From Bugula neritina (lineage: Eukaryota; Animalia; Bryozoa): a stretch of 64,000 nt of DNA. Under the pieces are notes generated by a model that searched no databases, had not been told where the DNA came from, and was given only the letters and a program-made list of their open reading frames with translations. Below are positions 1 to 14,284 of the stretch, piece by piece (position 1 is the first letter of the stretch; each line of letters opens with the position of its first letter). The stretch is taken from contig OZ037765.1 of NCBI GenBank assembly GCA_964035545.1, forward strand, positions 19,344,995-19,408,994. The letters run 5' to 3'. A program made the translations under genes and the position numbers.

Positions 1-3000
1 GAAATTATAGCACAGTTGTACCTCAATAATTTTATCTGCTTTAATCCCCTGTTTCTTGTATAACAAGCAAAATATTTTTCAGAAAAATTAATAAAATTTA
101 AAGTTTAGCTCAAGCTATGCCAGCCAGTAATGCTTTAAGTAATGCGTTTAATGAGTTGTGTGGGAGAACCTTATCCGATATGTAAACCCCACTTTCTGAC
201 ATATTTATATAATGTGAGTCTTGTCAGCTGTAAGTCCTTTCAGGCTCAATTTGCTTGACACCCGAAATATTCAAATTAAAATTAGATACAATGACAGGTG
301 TGAAATAAATGGACGATTGAAAATACTTCAGCATTTGGCCTTGTAACTGTACTAAATCTAGTCAACTGCTGTTATTTTCTCTTCTTTATTGTAGTATAAA
401 TTAGGATCTGGCATAAAAGTGACACTGCATAGTTTAATTTATGTTAGAAATAAATTGCTACAGATATCTATTGCTGGGACCAGCCAGTTAGCACTCAACT
501 TATAGTACTGCCAAAAAGTGTTGTTTAAAAAATTATTTATAAGATCTAAATAGCTATTGCACACATGCATGTAACATCCTGTTTTCTAGCCTATTTTTGC
601 TAAAAATATTAAGGGTAAAAACATTTTTTATAACTTAGATGATAAATAAGATGATTAAGTTAAGGTTCTCCATGATAATTATTTCAAAAACTGCTTGCAA
701 AAATAAAGCAAAATATTAATTTAAGATGCAAGTAACTTTTCTTTGGACGGGATAGACTGAGTTAATGAGCTTTTGCTTGAGTTATATTTTAAGAATTAAA
801 ATATGTATATTTGGCTTTGTTGGCTTGACACATAAGCACTGTTATTGACCCCTTTTTCTATAAATTTGCTCACAATAGACTAGCTAGTGCTTCATTACAT
901 GATGTATTATTATAGTATTTAGTCTATTGCAATCTACCAGCATTATGTTCATATTTTCAATCTAGGTCACATGCAATCATGACCATCTCTATATTTACAA
1001 TAGAGCTACTGTTATTTTGTTTTCTTTACAGAACCAGGGCCTTTACATAATTGCTGTTTGCTATATAGCAGTATACGGCTCTGTAAACTGGTATTTAATA
1101 AAAAGTTTGAAACGTACAGCTGCTGTTTTGCTATCAAGAGCAAATGTTGAAAAAACAATTCTTAACCTTGATAAAGCTTCAGAATGTATCTTTTTTGTTT
1201 TGCTGTTTACCACACTAGTCTATAATATTTAACATTAATGTATAGCTCAACCTAGCGGCAACCTATAAATAGGTTTATATGTAAAGAGAATAAATAGATG
1301 GTTTTGAAGATAGGCTTCTTTTGTTAGATGTATAGTATATTATATTAATGGTGTATAATTATTCATAGGACAAGACATGCAAGCTGAGCAATGCTTTGAG
1401 TCAGAATGTAGCCTTTTAGTAAATTATTTGAATACATGATGAAGATACCGAGGTGTTACTAACATATACAAACTAGCCCATTGTTTATACAGAATATATT
1501 AACATCATCCTAAACATTGTAATATTAGTATAACACTGTAACTATGTAGTCAACTATAGTAGACTCAGATATAAATTATTCTCATTGTGTATACAATTAG
1601 ATACCAGTCTCTTGCTTCTAATATAAAATTCATGATAGAAATCTCAGACACCAAGGGCAGCCTAACAGTAATCATAGCCAGTGCATTCAACAACAGTATA
1701 TAGAGATGTTAGCAATATTCACTAGTGGGACTCGAGCCTATTTTAGAAGTGCCTAATAACCAACAAATCTGGTAATGATGGTAAAAGTTCCTTCTGCTAC
1801 ACTCAATGGTGACTTATGAGTATTATGCTTATGATGACCAGCTCACATAATCCACACAGATTAGGCATTCTTATTGGCATTTATAATTCCAGAATTATAA
1901 GGTTATACTGCTTACATGTAAAAAATGAATGCACCTATTAAATGCATTAACAAAAAAACATAGAAGACATATACATGTAATTAATAAACATTTGAGTAGT
2001 GGTTGCTTGACAGAATTATCAATGGAATTTTAAAAACATGTCAGAATGGTAATTATACAGTGGCATGACAGAAATATTGAATAAACTAGCAATTCTTGTC
2101 AAAAACTGTTGAGTGACATGACATAGCATGTACTCTAACACTGTGTTTGGCACTTGAAACTTTGAGTTGATAGCTAAGTGCTACCTGCCTTAATATATGC
2201 CTATCTATGCTCAAATACATGTACATAATGTATCTGCATATTTATTCATTTTATATGGTTTCTTTCTGGTGTCACATAGCATGTCAATACTTTGCGTTCG
2301 CCCTTGTCTCATTAAATAGATAGTGGTATATAAAATATAAAACAAGTGGGTAGCACTTGAAACTGATACATAATATACATGTGTAAGGATGCTTATATCA
2401 CGCATGTACATATCAAAAATATTATAGGCTACGAATTGATTTAGTCAATTTAAAGCAAAGTTTTCAAATTAAACCTTCTTTTACATTTAGTTAGGGGACC
2501 AGCCACCTATTGTAGCAAGTGATCACAACAGAAAACAGTGAAACTTTTTATTAGTGGCTTTGGTGAAAATAATCTGGGCTATTTTGCAGTATGAGTTAAG
2601 AGTGGCCCCATTTTACAAGGACTTGTTAGGAATGCTTTCAATGACTAGTAACTTATATTGAACATTTGACATGAATTAAAAACCCATTCAATGCTTCATT
2701 GACCAAAAATATTTGCAAGCTATCACAAGTTATTGAATAAATTTATTACTTGTGTATTCTTTGTGCCAATTTTGCTATTTTACTTTTAGATTATTTTCAG
2801 GGCACTATAGATACTTTTAAGTGCTACATAGACACATTGTACAGTTGCAGTGATTTCACTAAGGAAATGTTCAACCATACTTTCCAAATTATTCAAAGCA
2901 TAGGCTACACAGTAGCAGAAAAAGTTTCTAGGTACATGAAACTTTTTGTGTAGAAAGGATTTGTTTACTATAGCAGTTTTTAGCCAAAGACATGTTTTAA

Positions 3001-3162
3001 TAAATTTGGTAACAGTCAGCAATCTTCTAGTTTGCAGAGAAGTGCAGAGAAACTCTTTTTGAGAATAATAGCAACTTGTGTTTTCTATAACTAAAGGCAT
3101 ATTTGATTGAGTTTTACCACTGGCGACAACAAATGAGGTTTGCAAAAAGAGGTTTGCATATG

Positions 3163-3260
3163 GTGTGTGCGTTTGAGGTGTGTGAGTTGTGCGGGTTTGA
3201 GTTGTGTGCATGTGTGCGTGTGTGTGTGTGTGTGTTTTGTGTGTGCGCTCGTGAGTGTGT
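3163..3260. repeat. Imperfect (TG)n microsatellite
   Basis: Direct reading; it explains the His/Thr- and Cys/Val-rich ORFs at 2786-3343. Confidence 0.9.
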
Positions 3261-5970
3261 TGAGCATTGAGCAACACATCACCAAAAAACTTTGCTCTTT
3301 TTGTACTCAATGCACCAAATATTTTTCAGCAACTTCAAAGTAAACAAATTAGAGTGCATTGACATGATGTGTTATTCTCAGTTTTTTTTTAATGAATAGC
3401 AGGTAAATGAAGCCAAATTTCTTCCATGTTTTCTTAGAGTAGTGAGCCAAACTTCTCACTAATGTAGTTTTTTAGAGATCGCTATGATCACAGAGGTCAT
3501 CAAAATAATCTGAAACACGTTAATGTTGTTAATCTATTAGTTGTACAGCACTGGTAACTGCTTTGTGATTTATTGGTAGTACAAAGCACACATCAAAAGA
3601 TGCATAGTTATATATAGCACTAGAATAAATATTATTCTAAATGATGGTTGTTTTTAAGTACACAAATTTATCTTAACCTTTGTGCCACCTCCTTCCCTTT
3701 CCTTTTACCATTCACATCACTTTTGACATATCACCATTGCTACTGCTGCATCTTTTGAGACCAAATTTGAGCACAGTGTTCACACAATATCTTCAAATCT
3801 ACGTAAATATTAGACAAATTTCTGAATGTAACGTATATAGCAAACATTCATTAGACATAATTGGTCATATTATTTACAAGAGTGAATGTAAAAAGTATGC
3901 ATTCACCTGTTTCCTGTTTGTATACCTGTTGCATGATAAATATGATATTTCAGAGTAACAAAGCAGATTGATACAATTAATTGACAACTGGAAGATTGGT
4001 GACAGCGGAGATTGTTGCCTTGTGTCTTGTTTAAATACAATCTATGTTTAAGATACATTTGAAAGAAGAAATTTAATTTGAGAGGATAAATATCCGGCAT
4101 AATTGGCATGGGCACGTGTCATTAATACACAACTTTGTTACTACTGTGCAGTCTATATGTCACTAATAAATAAGTAAATATTTTGAATATAATGAAATAT
4201 TATAAGACAATATCTTTTCTTTTGTGTTTGAAGTTGCAATCAGCCTATCAAATGTTTGTCATAAACTCTGAATAATAAAGTGTAATAAATTTATTCAGTT
4301 GTTCATCAGCCCCATTCATCCATCAGTGTCATATTATTAGTAGGAACGGAAAGTGTCAATTCTGATTAGAGAGCAGAAAGTTAAGCCGTAAATGTCAACA
4401 TTCTAGCTTGTCACAAATGTCCAACATATATGCAGCAGAGAACTGCAAGACCCCAACTCTGATCTCAAACATCTGGAGCGGAAGTTAAAACTCTTTCTAC
4501 CTAACCACACACCACTAGCATTGATAGTCTAGCAATGCTTGTACTTCTTGTTTTAAAAATCAGATTAAACTTAGAAAGCTGGCACTTGTAGATGATAATG
4601 TACAATGTAATTATGCAACATAGAAAGCAGTGTGAGAAAGATGCACTGACAATTGAGAGCCTAGTGTCAGTGGTTAGAATCTGGTGTGGTTATCACATCT
4701 CATCACCTAATTACTCATTAATATGCTGTTTGTGGATCAGATAATAATTAATAAGGTGATGTTTTTTGCAAGATTGACATTTTTTCTTTAACCATGTATT
4801 TAATTAATTTAGTTCTAATTTATGGCTCATGTTATTAACTAAATAATGTTATTAGTAAATCATAAGTATATGTTTTGCTTTATAGCTTCAAGTGACCTTT
4901 TACATTGTTTAGACAATTGCTTGAGCTTCATTTGGTTCCACGGCTACATTCAGCTAGTACATACTTCAACTTGGAAAAGAATAAATTGCAACTTTTGAGA
5001 TATTCTTGGTATAAACTAAATATTGCTCAAATGTTGAACAGCATACCTAAAATATATTTCTTCATGCTTAAGGAACATGCCTACAGTGAATTTATAAAAT
5101 ATACAATGCTAGTCTGATGGTTTTGTTAAACGATGGTTTTGCAGATAGCTTTTGGTTGCTTAAGCAAAAAATGAAGGGGATGCTTTTCTTTTGCATAATT
5201 AATGCGGACACTTTTAGCTTCAATTCCTGTTGGCACAGAATATTTATATCATGTAATGCACGTAATCCACATAATCAAGTATTCAATTTGTTTTCCACCT
5301 GCTCAAAGTACATAACTTTGTGCAAATATATTCTTGCCAACAATGTAACCATTAGAAATAATAATTAGTATGTATTTTATTATTACAGAGCTGTGCTGAT
5401 GATATAAATAGCAACTTTACTGGAAGATAATTAATATCACTGGCAATTATGTAATAGATAACATAAATTATTTAATAAATAAACCTTATTCTTAGTCTTT
5501 TACTGTTAACTTGACCAACCAGTTTATGCAGCTTATAATTTTCTAAAAGAACCTGTGAATTTGGACTTTTTAAGCCTTTTTTCTATAGTAAGTCTGCAGG
5601 GATGATTGCTTTACTGCAAACTTACTATGCAAAAATAATATGACATGAATGATACTTTTTATTTTATTGAAATGGTAAAAATCAAAAGCTGGTTAGACGG
5701 TGACTATATATGTGTAAGTTCAGTTCGCTTTTTATAACTTTTAAATTTGTATGAAAATGAAAAATGTTTGTGAAATTGAAATAAATTCATGATATGTTTA
5801 GCCAAACATTTTACCAACTTGCGTGTAAAAGCAGATAGTTTTTCATGAAAGCCCACCCACTGTTAATGCTGCGTGAAGAAGATTTATTAACAGCCTGGTT
5901 TGTGCCATAAAAACTCTATTAAATTATGCATTTCAAGTGATATTTAATGGTTGCTTGTGATATGCATCAC

Positions 5971-5976
5971 TTTATT
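5971..5976 (-). terminator. Candidate Irx polyadenylation signal (AATAAA)
   Basis: TTTATT on the + strand, about 510 nt downstream of the Irx stop codon. The AT-rich context makes this weak evidence. Confidence 0.3.
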
Positions 5977-6485
5977 GTCAATTTTAGTTCATTTACAAGT
6001 ACATGTAATTTGCTTTCATTTACAAAACTATATTACATCAAAACCAAAACATACCAACAGCTGTAATAGTGGTAATTTCACAAAAAGAAACATATCTCCC
6101 ACAAAAAATAATTAAATATTTAGTCTAAGACAACAAAGTTTACATAATTTTAAACTGTTTTATGCTGAACATGGGACATATCACATTCACAATATATTTC
6201 AGAATATACAAATAATTTAATTCTGATAAAACTAACAACGATTCCAAATAAAAAAATATATATCTTTCAATTATAACTAACATATATGGCAATTGAATAG
6301 CTCAACTGCCTACAAAAAATTAGCTTCACCAATAAAAGACTATAATATATAAATTCTCTCAATTTATTATTCTGTTAACATTCATTTATCCTATAAGATG
6401 ATTGTTTTAAAAACAAGAGGTTGTTTAATAACAAACTTTTGTTAGAATTTATTAAAAAATAGAGTTTCTACTAGTGAGTCTGTTG

Positions 6486-9400
6486 CTAGTGTTCCAAGTT
6501 AGATCTACTGGAAGCTGATTCTGAAGGCGAAGTACGATCCCGGGAAGACATTTTACGAGCAATGGATTCCAACTTAGTGATTGTTTTCTCTGCTAAAAAA
6601 AGCATTAGAACATTAAAATAACTTCCAACTGCACGAGGCAAAGTTTATTACACCCTGTCAATTCTGGAAGATACAGTGTAATTTCAGATTGTATTTAAGT
6701 AATTGCTGGTAAGTTGTTTTTCAGTACAGATATAGCAGGCTAGATTTAATAAAATGAAATATGTAATGAGGCTGCGAGACATTAAACCATATTATAATAA
6801 CAACAGTGAAGATGGTAACATCTGCATGAATTGAAAATATGTTCAAAGAAAATTGATTTGACTATAAAAGAGCTCAGTAAATATTAAATTACGATGACTA
6901 ATGTGTAACAACAGCTGTTAGCATACTGTTGTAAACTAGTAATTAGCAGTCGCATAGCAAACTGCATGGGTGGTAAGAATTTGCCGGATGAGTTTAGAAT
7001 GTAATTTAATATTTCTAATGCATACTTTACAGAAATAAATATTTTAATAAGCAATGATGGTATGATGTAAATAATTATTAGACACACAACTAGTGTAATA
7101 CAAATTAGAGGGCTAATGTGTGGAATGAGTGACATTCTTGATAAGACATAATTACAGAATTGTTGTACATGTTTTTTCTATAGCGCCTAGTATAATACAT
7201 TCAACATTGTTCACACTAGCTGTACTGGTATTAGATAGCCATGCAGAGGTTTACTAAATTAAACAGAGTTGTGCCATCTACGATTAGTTACCTGGTATGT
7301 TTGAGCAAGGGGATTTGCTACTAGAGCGAGGTCCAGTGCCCATGGTCTCCTGGGTAGAGGGAGAGATGTGCGGCGCTTGTACAGATGTTGATACTGGTGG
7401 TCTATAGGCTAACAATGGGTTGGTTAGAGCTGCGACGGCTCCGAGTGCTTGCTGAGCTGCAAACTGTCTGTAGCTGTTGTCAAAGAATGGCCTAAATGCT
7501 GTTGGGTTTGGGGCAGGGTATGGTCTATGCCTGATTGACTTTAGCTGAGGGAATATAGGCGAGGACACCTGTGAGCTGTGAGTGGTTGTAGTAGACTTAC
7601 TGGCAGCAACATCAGCTATCGACCATATTCTTGGTTTATGAATAACTGTTGCAGAAGGAGCGTTACTGTCTGTGGGGGATGCAACGGGTGAAGTCGGTGA
7701 TGATTGAGTGGGCGGCATAGACGCCTTTTCTGTTGGCAACTGTGTATTTTCTTCTTCAAGATTTCCTGTAGCTGATTGCTTTTGTGGTGATGTATTTTCA
7801 GTTTCAAAATCACTCAAATCTGTAATAAAGTAATTATAAATATAATAATTATTATTCTGATTTAAACATCATTATGTATAAATATAGCTATATGAATGCA
7901 ATTCAAGCTCTGTGCGTAATATAATTATATTCTAAGTAATAACAGCAAAAAGAACAGAGAAAGGCAATGTTTCAATCTCCGATGTGCAAATAAACAATTC
8001 AGCATTTATATAATTATTCTAACAGGATATTTGCTCATTTTCATTGCATAATGAATGAGAAGTAATAATTGTGAGAAATAAGATATTACATTACTATTAT
8101 TATATGCAACAGTTTCCTATATTGTAATAAAGCTCTTTTATATTCATATACTATCAATATTGCATTGTTTTGTGTCTAGAGCTTACTATATATAAATAGG
8201 TTCCTAATTGTCCTGTATGTATGTTAACAGGAATATTATAGTGTTAAATTATATAATTCTAAACAATATTGTATTGTGTATTTATGCATTTTTACTGTTG
8301 ACTATGGTAATGTTACAATGGTCACTCTGGCCTTTATTTGTATACAGTTATCAAAGCCATCATATAAACAACCATGTCTTGCATTTGTCGCCGGATTAGA
8401 CAACAAATCCTCTACTATAATTTTAAAAATTGCTTAAGATAAAGCTTGCTTCAAACTGATCAGTAAATATTTACAAAGACAAAGATGAGCCTATGACAGA
8501 CAATATGTCAGCCTTAAACACTGATACAGAAAACGACTATTATTTTTTGTATTGCATAAAACATTGTCAAATACTTCAGTTATCAGCACGTGGGGGCTCA
8601 CCAGAACAACTCAAGTGCTAAAAAACTGGTGACAAAGTTTAGGTGTAAGCACACTGAGAGTTGAATCTTTCTATCATATCTGCCACTTAATTCCACTATG
8701 TTCAAGTGTTATTTTTATCTATTTAAATATTTTGATAGCTCTTACTCGAATGAGTTAAGTAGTTCTGCATAATTAGCTTAAAGCTGATACAATGATTTTT
8801 GCATTACGGTGCTGTCTGAATGCTGCAACAAAACAAGTCTGTCAAATTTCAAGTTCAGATTTGTCTTTTAGAGTGTGCTAAGTTAGTCAATGGACATAGC
8901 TTGACCTAACATATATTATGTAATTTCTAAAATAATCAACCTAAAGCGTTTCATAAAATGGGTGCAATCTATGCACAAATGAGCTAGTGCAAATATGAAC
9001 AAAGTCGGTTTTCTTTGGCTGCAGTGAAAATTGTGTAACAGAAATAACCTTTCGGCATTTCAGGTTTTTGTTCATTAATATGAAGTTGACTAGCAGGGAA
9101 AGGAAATGTGCACATAACTGTGCCTATTTTTAACTAAAAGTAAAACTGTGAAAAATGTTTAGTTACTAAACTATATGATAGTAAAATATTTTCTTTGGAT
9201 AGTTGCTGGCTTTATTTAGCATAAACAACATGTAAAAACCTTGTCATTTTCTCATAGAGCTTGTCCTAATAGTGTGTTGTAAGTTCACACAAGTGTCAGG
9301 TGGGTAGAAATAGCTGTGTTATTTGGTTAATGTTTATATATACAACAAGGTTGCAGGCAATGTCTTTTCCTAAAATGTATTAGGTAACACACTGCAGTGC

Positions 9401-12400
9401 ATTTATTACTGATTACCTAGTTATTAGATCAAGGCGAATCTAAACTTTTGATCAGGTCCATCATTGACTTGAAGAGTCTTTGATGAAAAATTATGAGCAA
9501 GTATTACACGTTTTGGCAGTGGGCCTGTGGTAATACCAAGTGCTTTTACAAGTATTTGTGTGGTGCTAAATGTCTTGTTTATGTGTCAATAATGGAATTT
9601 TAAATTCTCTCTGAAGTTTATGAGAATGCTAAAACACAAGTATAATATTTTGTTTGATCCTGTAAGTTTGGTTTAACTATTATAACTATTTCTAAATCTG
9701 TGATCTTAATACCAAATGAGATGGTGATGGAAATAACATATAATAGTTCTACTTAGATGCTAAAGTGAGTAGTAAGGAGATCTAGTTCTTGTCACAACTA
9801 TTTTATATTCTTTGATCTTCGAAACTGGAAAATTTTATCAAAATACCTATGCTTATGTCATCATCTTCACCCAGAGCTCCGTCATCATTGTCAGCTTTGT
9901 CCTCTTCATCCTCTACACTGCTGCCATCATCAGTTCGATTCCTTGGTGACCAAGTCATTTTATTTTCCTTTTTTAATCTTCTTCTAGCGTTGGCAAACCA
10001 TGTTGACACTGTAAAAGAGCAGTGAAGCAGTTGTACAGCCATTTGTTGTAACTGGAAGTCAGATGTAGAGTATGCAGTTAAAGCAAACTTTGTTATTGGC
10101 AGGTGGCTACAAATTATGCTGTACCAGGGAAGTGTCAGTCCTGAATGTGGCCAGTAAAATAGCAACAGTTACAATCATTCTGCTGGCAAAATATGCAAAT
10201 AAAATTAAAATCAGTGCCTAAATTTTGCAGATTCAGCCCAAGTCACCAGCATGCAGCTTGTAATACAATTTTTCTACGATATTCTAAAATTAAAATCTTG
10301 TGCTCAGATTTTAAACTCAAAACAAACTTTACAAAATTTTACCTTGTGTTAGGGTCATTTTTGTGATGATAGCCAACATTATTTTTTCCCCTTTGGTAGG
10401 ATATGGATTCTTTCTGTGTTCGTAGAGCCATGCTTTTAGGGTACTGGTTGTCTCTCGTGTGGCATTCTTTCTTCTTACACCGTTGAGGTCCATAGTAGAG
10501 TATCTAAAAGAATGCAAAATGTAAGTATACACACAGTAGGTAGTGGATATTGCCACAAGTGGAACTTAATTAGCTACTACATATCGCTATAATACAATCA
10601 TTACAATTGCAATATTATTTCTTACCAACTGAATTGGTGATGAAAATAACTCAAAGAAGAAATGCGGTGAGGGAGAGCACTTGTAAATCTGTAAAGCTGT
10701 TAAATATTTCAACTTTTAAAGAGTTTAAGATTTCTCTTTGTCATTTGATGCCACGCACACAACAGTAATAGTATAGTTGTGTATTCAATTCTATTGCAAT
10801 ATTTGAGAGACAAGTGAGTTTTGATTTTATACTATCAAGTCTTTCAAGTAGGGCCACCTGGGCAAAGCAAAGCACACAAACAAACTATTCCAGAGTCGAA
10901 ACACATTCTTGCCTGATCCAATAACACTAGTAACTCTCAAATTTTTAACACTTGAAAGTATCACAAGACAGTAAAAACTGAACTATCAAAGAGGTGTTTG
11001 CAGCTCAAGACCAGGCTATGATGTTTTAATATTAATGTCCCTTAAAAGAAGTATACATCAAACAGCTCTCATTTTCAAAGAGTTATAGCTGTGGTAATGT
11101 AATACATGGTGATTTTTAGATAATTTGCAATTTATATTAGTATAGGGTGCAAGAATATATATGAGGAAGGTTGTGGCTTAGTCTCTTTGGTAAAAACGCA
11201 AATTAAAAATATAGTCTTTCAATGTCAAAACTATCTTGATTTAAGTTTGTTTCAAAAAATGTGGGTTGAGCAAATGTCTTTAGACAAACTTTAAATAATT
11301 ATTCTAAATGCAGATTGACAGAGCTATAAAAAGGGCATTAACAAAATGTCAGATCTTAAATAACCAGAATACTTTTGAAGTTGGCGTCATAAGTAAGGGG
11401 GCTTTGGCAAGCAAACCTTTAAGGTTTCAAAGAGGGATTTGTTGCTAACCATTATTTTATTCCATCTTTTTTAATACTATTAATGTTTGTTTCACTAAAG
11501 GTGTCATGGTTTTATGGTAATTAGTTAAAAAACTAGTTATAACATAAAACCATGTCATCTGTCAGTATAATATTTAAACTCTTCAATCAAAAAATTTCCA
11601 TGACTACTATTTCTACAGACAAAAATATTTAATATTACAAGCTTTAAACAAATCTACCTGCAAACTCTAGCAATACTTTATTAGCAATTAGTGCAAGAAA
11701 AACAGCAATTTCATCATGTCAAAAGTGAATCATACTAGAAAACCTTAGCAACCCATGTGTTAAAACTGAGCAGGTAATGACTATCAATTTAATGACCTCT
11801 GCTTGTAAATATTTAATTAAAGCTCAATACCTTTTGTCATTAATTTGCAATGCAACTAAATATTATCTCAAACTAAAATGGTAAACACCTTAAAAGCTTA
11901 AAATAAATTAAATTTACTAATTTTTCACCCATGGTTTAAATTCTGGTACTGTTTACATTGGCATAATATTCTTTTTTTATATAATACAAACAAGTTGATT
12001 TCAATATGCCTTTGGTTTATTTCACTTACGGTGGGTATGAAAAAGAGGCAGCAGCCATTGCAGCAGCTTGAGCATCATACGGGAGAGATGCTGCCCCAGC
12101 ACTATGTGCTGCTGCCGCTGCTAGCTGTCTCCACGCCATCAAAGCTTCAGCATTATCTTTCATATCGTAACCAGCACCCTAAAATTTAACGAAAATATAC
12201 CAAATATATTCTACTTATAGGTTAGAATTCTATTTTCAAAAATTTTCAATTTAAACTTTTATGTTTGAAAAAAATTGAGTCTTGCATAAATGCTCAATAC
12301 CTAAAAATAATTAGCTAAATCATTAAACACAACTTAAACTGCAACACAACTATAAGATTTAATTGACAATATATTGGGAGTAAGTTTTAAGACGTAATAT

Positions 12401-13850
12401 GCATACTAACAAGTACTGGGAGCAGTAATCTCGGATCCATCATAGCAGTTGGAGGAAGATTTGAAAGCTGGGAGTATGGACTAGCTGCTGGGTAACCGCT
12501 GGCAGCTGCTATAGATAAACTATCTGGCAGTGAAGGAAGTCTAGCATTAGCAAGACCTGCCATGACTGTCGGGCTGACTGCGGACAAATCTTTAGACGAA
12601 CTGACACTTGGGTGCTGAGGTGGTGGGGATTGAAGGTTCATTCCTCCGGCAGCTGACATTAGTAACTAAAAGTGACGATAAAGTATCATAGCATGTTATA
12701 TATGTTTAATAAGAAGCAGGTTAAATAACTTTTAACTCCACGTATTACAACACCTATATTAGTAATATTTACACAGTGAAAGGCTTTGTCATTGTGTTCA
12801 GTTAAAAATTTGACAATATTATTTAGAATTTTAGGCCCTAAAACTACTACTTATAAAAAGCTCAAAATTTCATGATACCGGTACATGAAGTTTTATAACT
12901 AAAAATATCTGATAACTTTTTAAGGCTTAGATGTATAGCGTAAATTCTTAAACCGTTAAAATAGGCTATTCAGCAATAATTAAAATTTATTTAAATAAAA
13001 AGCTTATGATAAATAAATGTACACATTTTACTATTAAAATATTGTAATCAAAAACGGCAGTTTTTTGAAAGCAAAAACAGCCAACTGATAGAACCTCATA
13101 ACTTCAACATTTATTTAATCTCAATATGATCATTAACCAGCTTGCGGCTAATAGCTGAAAGAGTTGCTCCTTTCAGAACAAATTTACGAGCTTCTAAAAT
13201 TTATTCCTGTGCCCTGAGGCTCTAAGATACGCTACTAATCTATTAAGTGGAGATGGAAGCATTTGGTTTGATTAAATGCAGAAAAAGTTATTGAGTAATA
13301 TTCATGTAATTGTAAGTAGTAACACATTAATTATAGTACACTACTTTGAGGGCATACCTCCAGTGCCAACAATACGAAACAGGCATGTTCCTAACAAGAT
13401 GTGTATTAATAAATACCTGCAGGCTATTTGTTTTCATCTTGGTGGTCTATAATATGCTATAACTTACTAGCATGATCCTATACTGCGTATTATGTTTCGT
13501 GATAATGGAAAGCATCTTAAATTACACTGAGCATGAGATTGAATTTGAAACAGAATAGGTTTGTTTCATGTTAGGCTATTTATTGTTTCAGTACTGTTTA
13601 ACTATCTTAATGTATTCTAATTATAAGGCATTCTCTGAAGATAGCAATCCTGTTCAAGGTCAACTAATGCCTATCAGTTTGCAGTTACAAAGTGTTTGCT
13701 TTAAAATTAATAGATCACACAAACTTTGCGCAGAGATTTTGTCCATTTAAATTAAAATTTTCAAAAAATTATATAAATATTATTGCTTACCTGCGTAGCT
13801 GCTATGTTAGGAAATCCGGCCACCGGCAAAGGATATGCTGACATCCTCAT
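6486..13850 (-). CDS. Irx: Iroquois-class TALE homeodomain transcription factor, 7 coding exons, about 473 aa (471 aa if the second ATG at 13844 is used)
   Basis: Exons on the minus strand: 13850-13791, 12665-12411, 12178-12030, 10503-10343, 10008-9847, 7819-7292, 6592-6486. All introns are GT..AG with matching phases; total 1422 nt. Homeodomain [61 protein letters not shown], an acidic patch after it, IRO box [11 protein letters not shown], and an Irx-like N-terminus (MSAYP...TQLLM). Confidence 0.96.
9847..10503 (-). other. Irx: Irx homeobox-containing exons 4 and 5, split by a 334-nt intron (10009-10342)
   Basis: TALE PYP loop and WFANARRR recognition helix (Ala50, diagnostic of Irx) read directly from the two exons. 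Confidence 0.97.
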
Positions 13851-14233
13851 TTACACCGAAGATAATTTTCACGTTGATGGAAATATTCTGTTAGAATTTG
13901 TCAAGCAAAATTAATAATCTAATTCAATAATTCAACTTCCGCTAAAATATTCCAAAAGTGTAGTTCATAAGCTTTATTCACGAATACAGGTATCTCAAGC
14001 TGCGTGATAACTACCAGCACTACTTCTTTCCTTGGTGTTTTAGTCATCAATGAATAGATTCACACCTCACCATGCCTTCTTGTACGTACATGCTAATTAA
14101 TAGCCTGCTAATGTCTAATAACATACCAACCACTGTATTCATGTCACTTGGATAAAAATACAAATTCAATTCTTGCTTTTACACAAGGAACATAGTATTT
14201 CCTGACAAATGAATAACATACAAATATATGCTC

Positions 14234-14284
14234 AGCCAATAGTATCCTCCTAATCACTTAAGCACCGCCCAAAATTAGCCAATC
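14234..14284 (-). promoter_or_regulatory. Candidate Irx proximal promoter: two CCAAT boxes flanking a GC-box-like element
   Basis: AGCCAAT with CCAAT at 14236-14240, CACCGCCC at about 14263-14270, and AGCCAATC with CCAAT at 14279-14283, about 400 nt upstream of the start codon. The TSS cannot be determined from sequence. Confidence 0.4.

Noticed and set aside
2786-3343. His/Thr-rich 174-aa ORF and overlapping Cys/Val-rich ORFs
   Set aside because: Translations of a (TG)n microsatellite.
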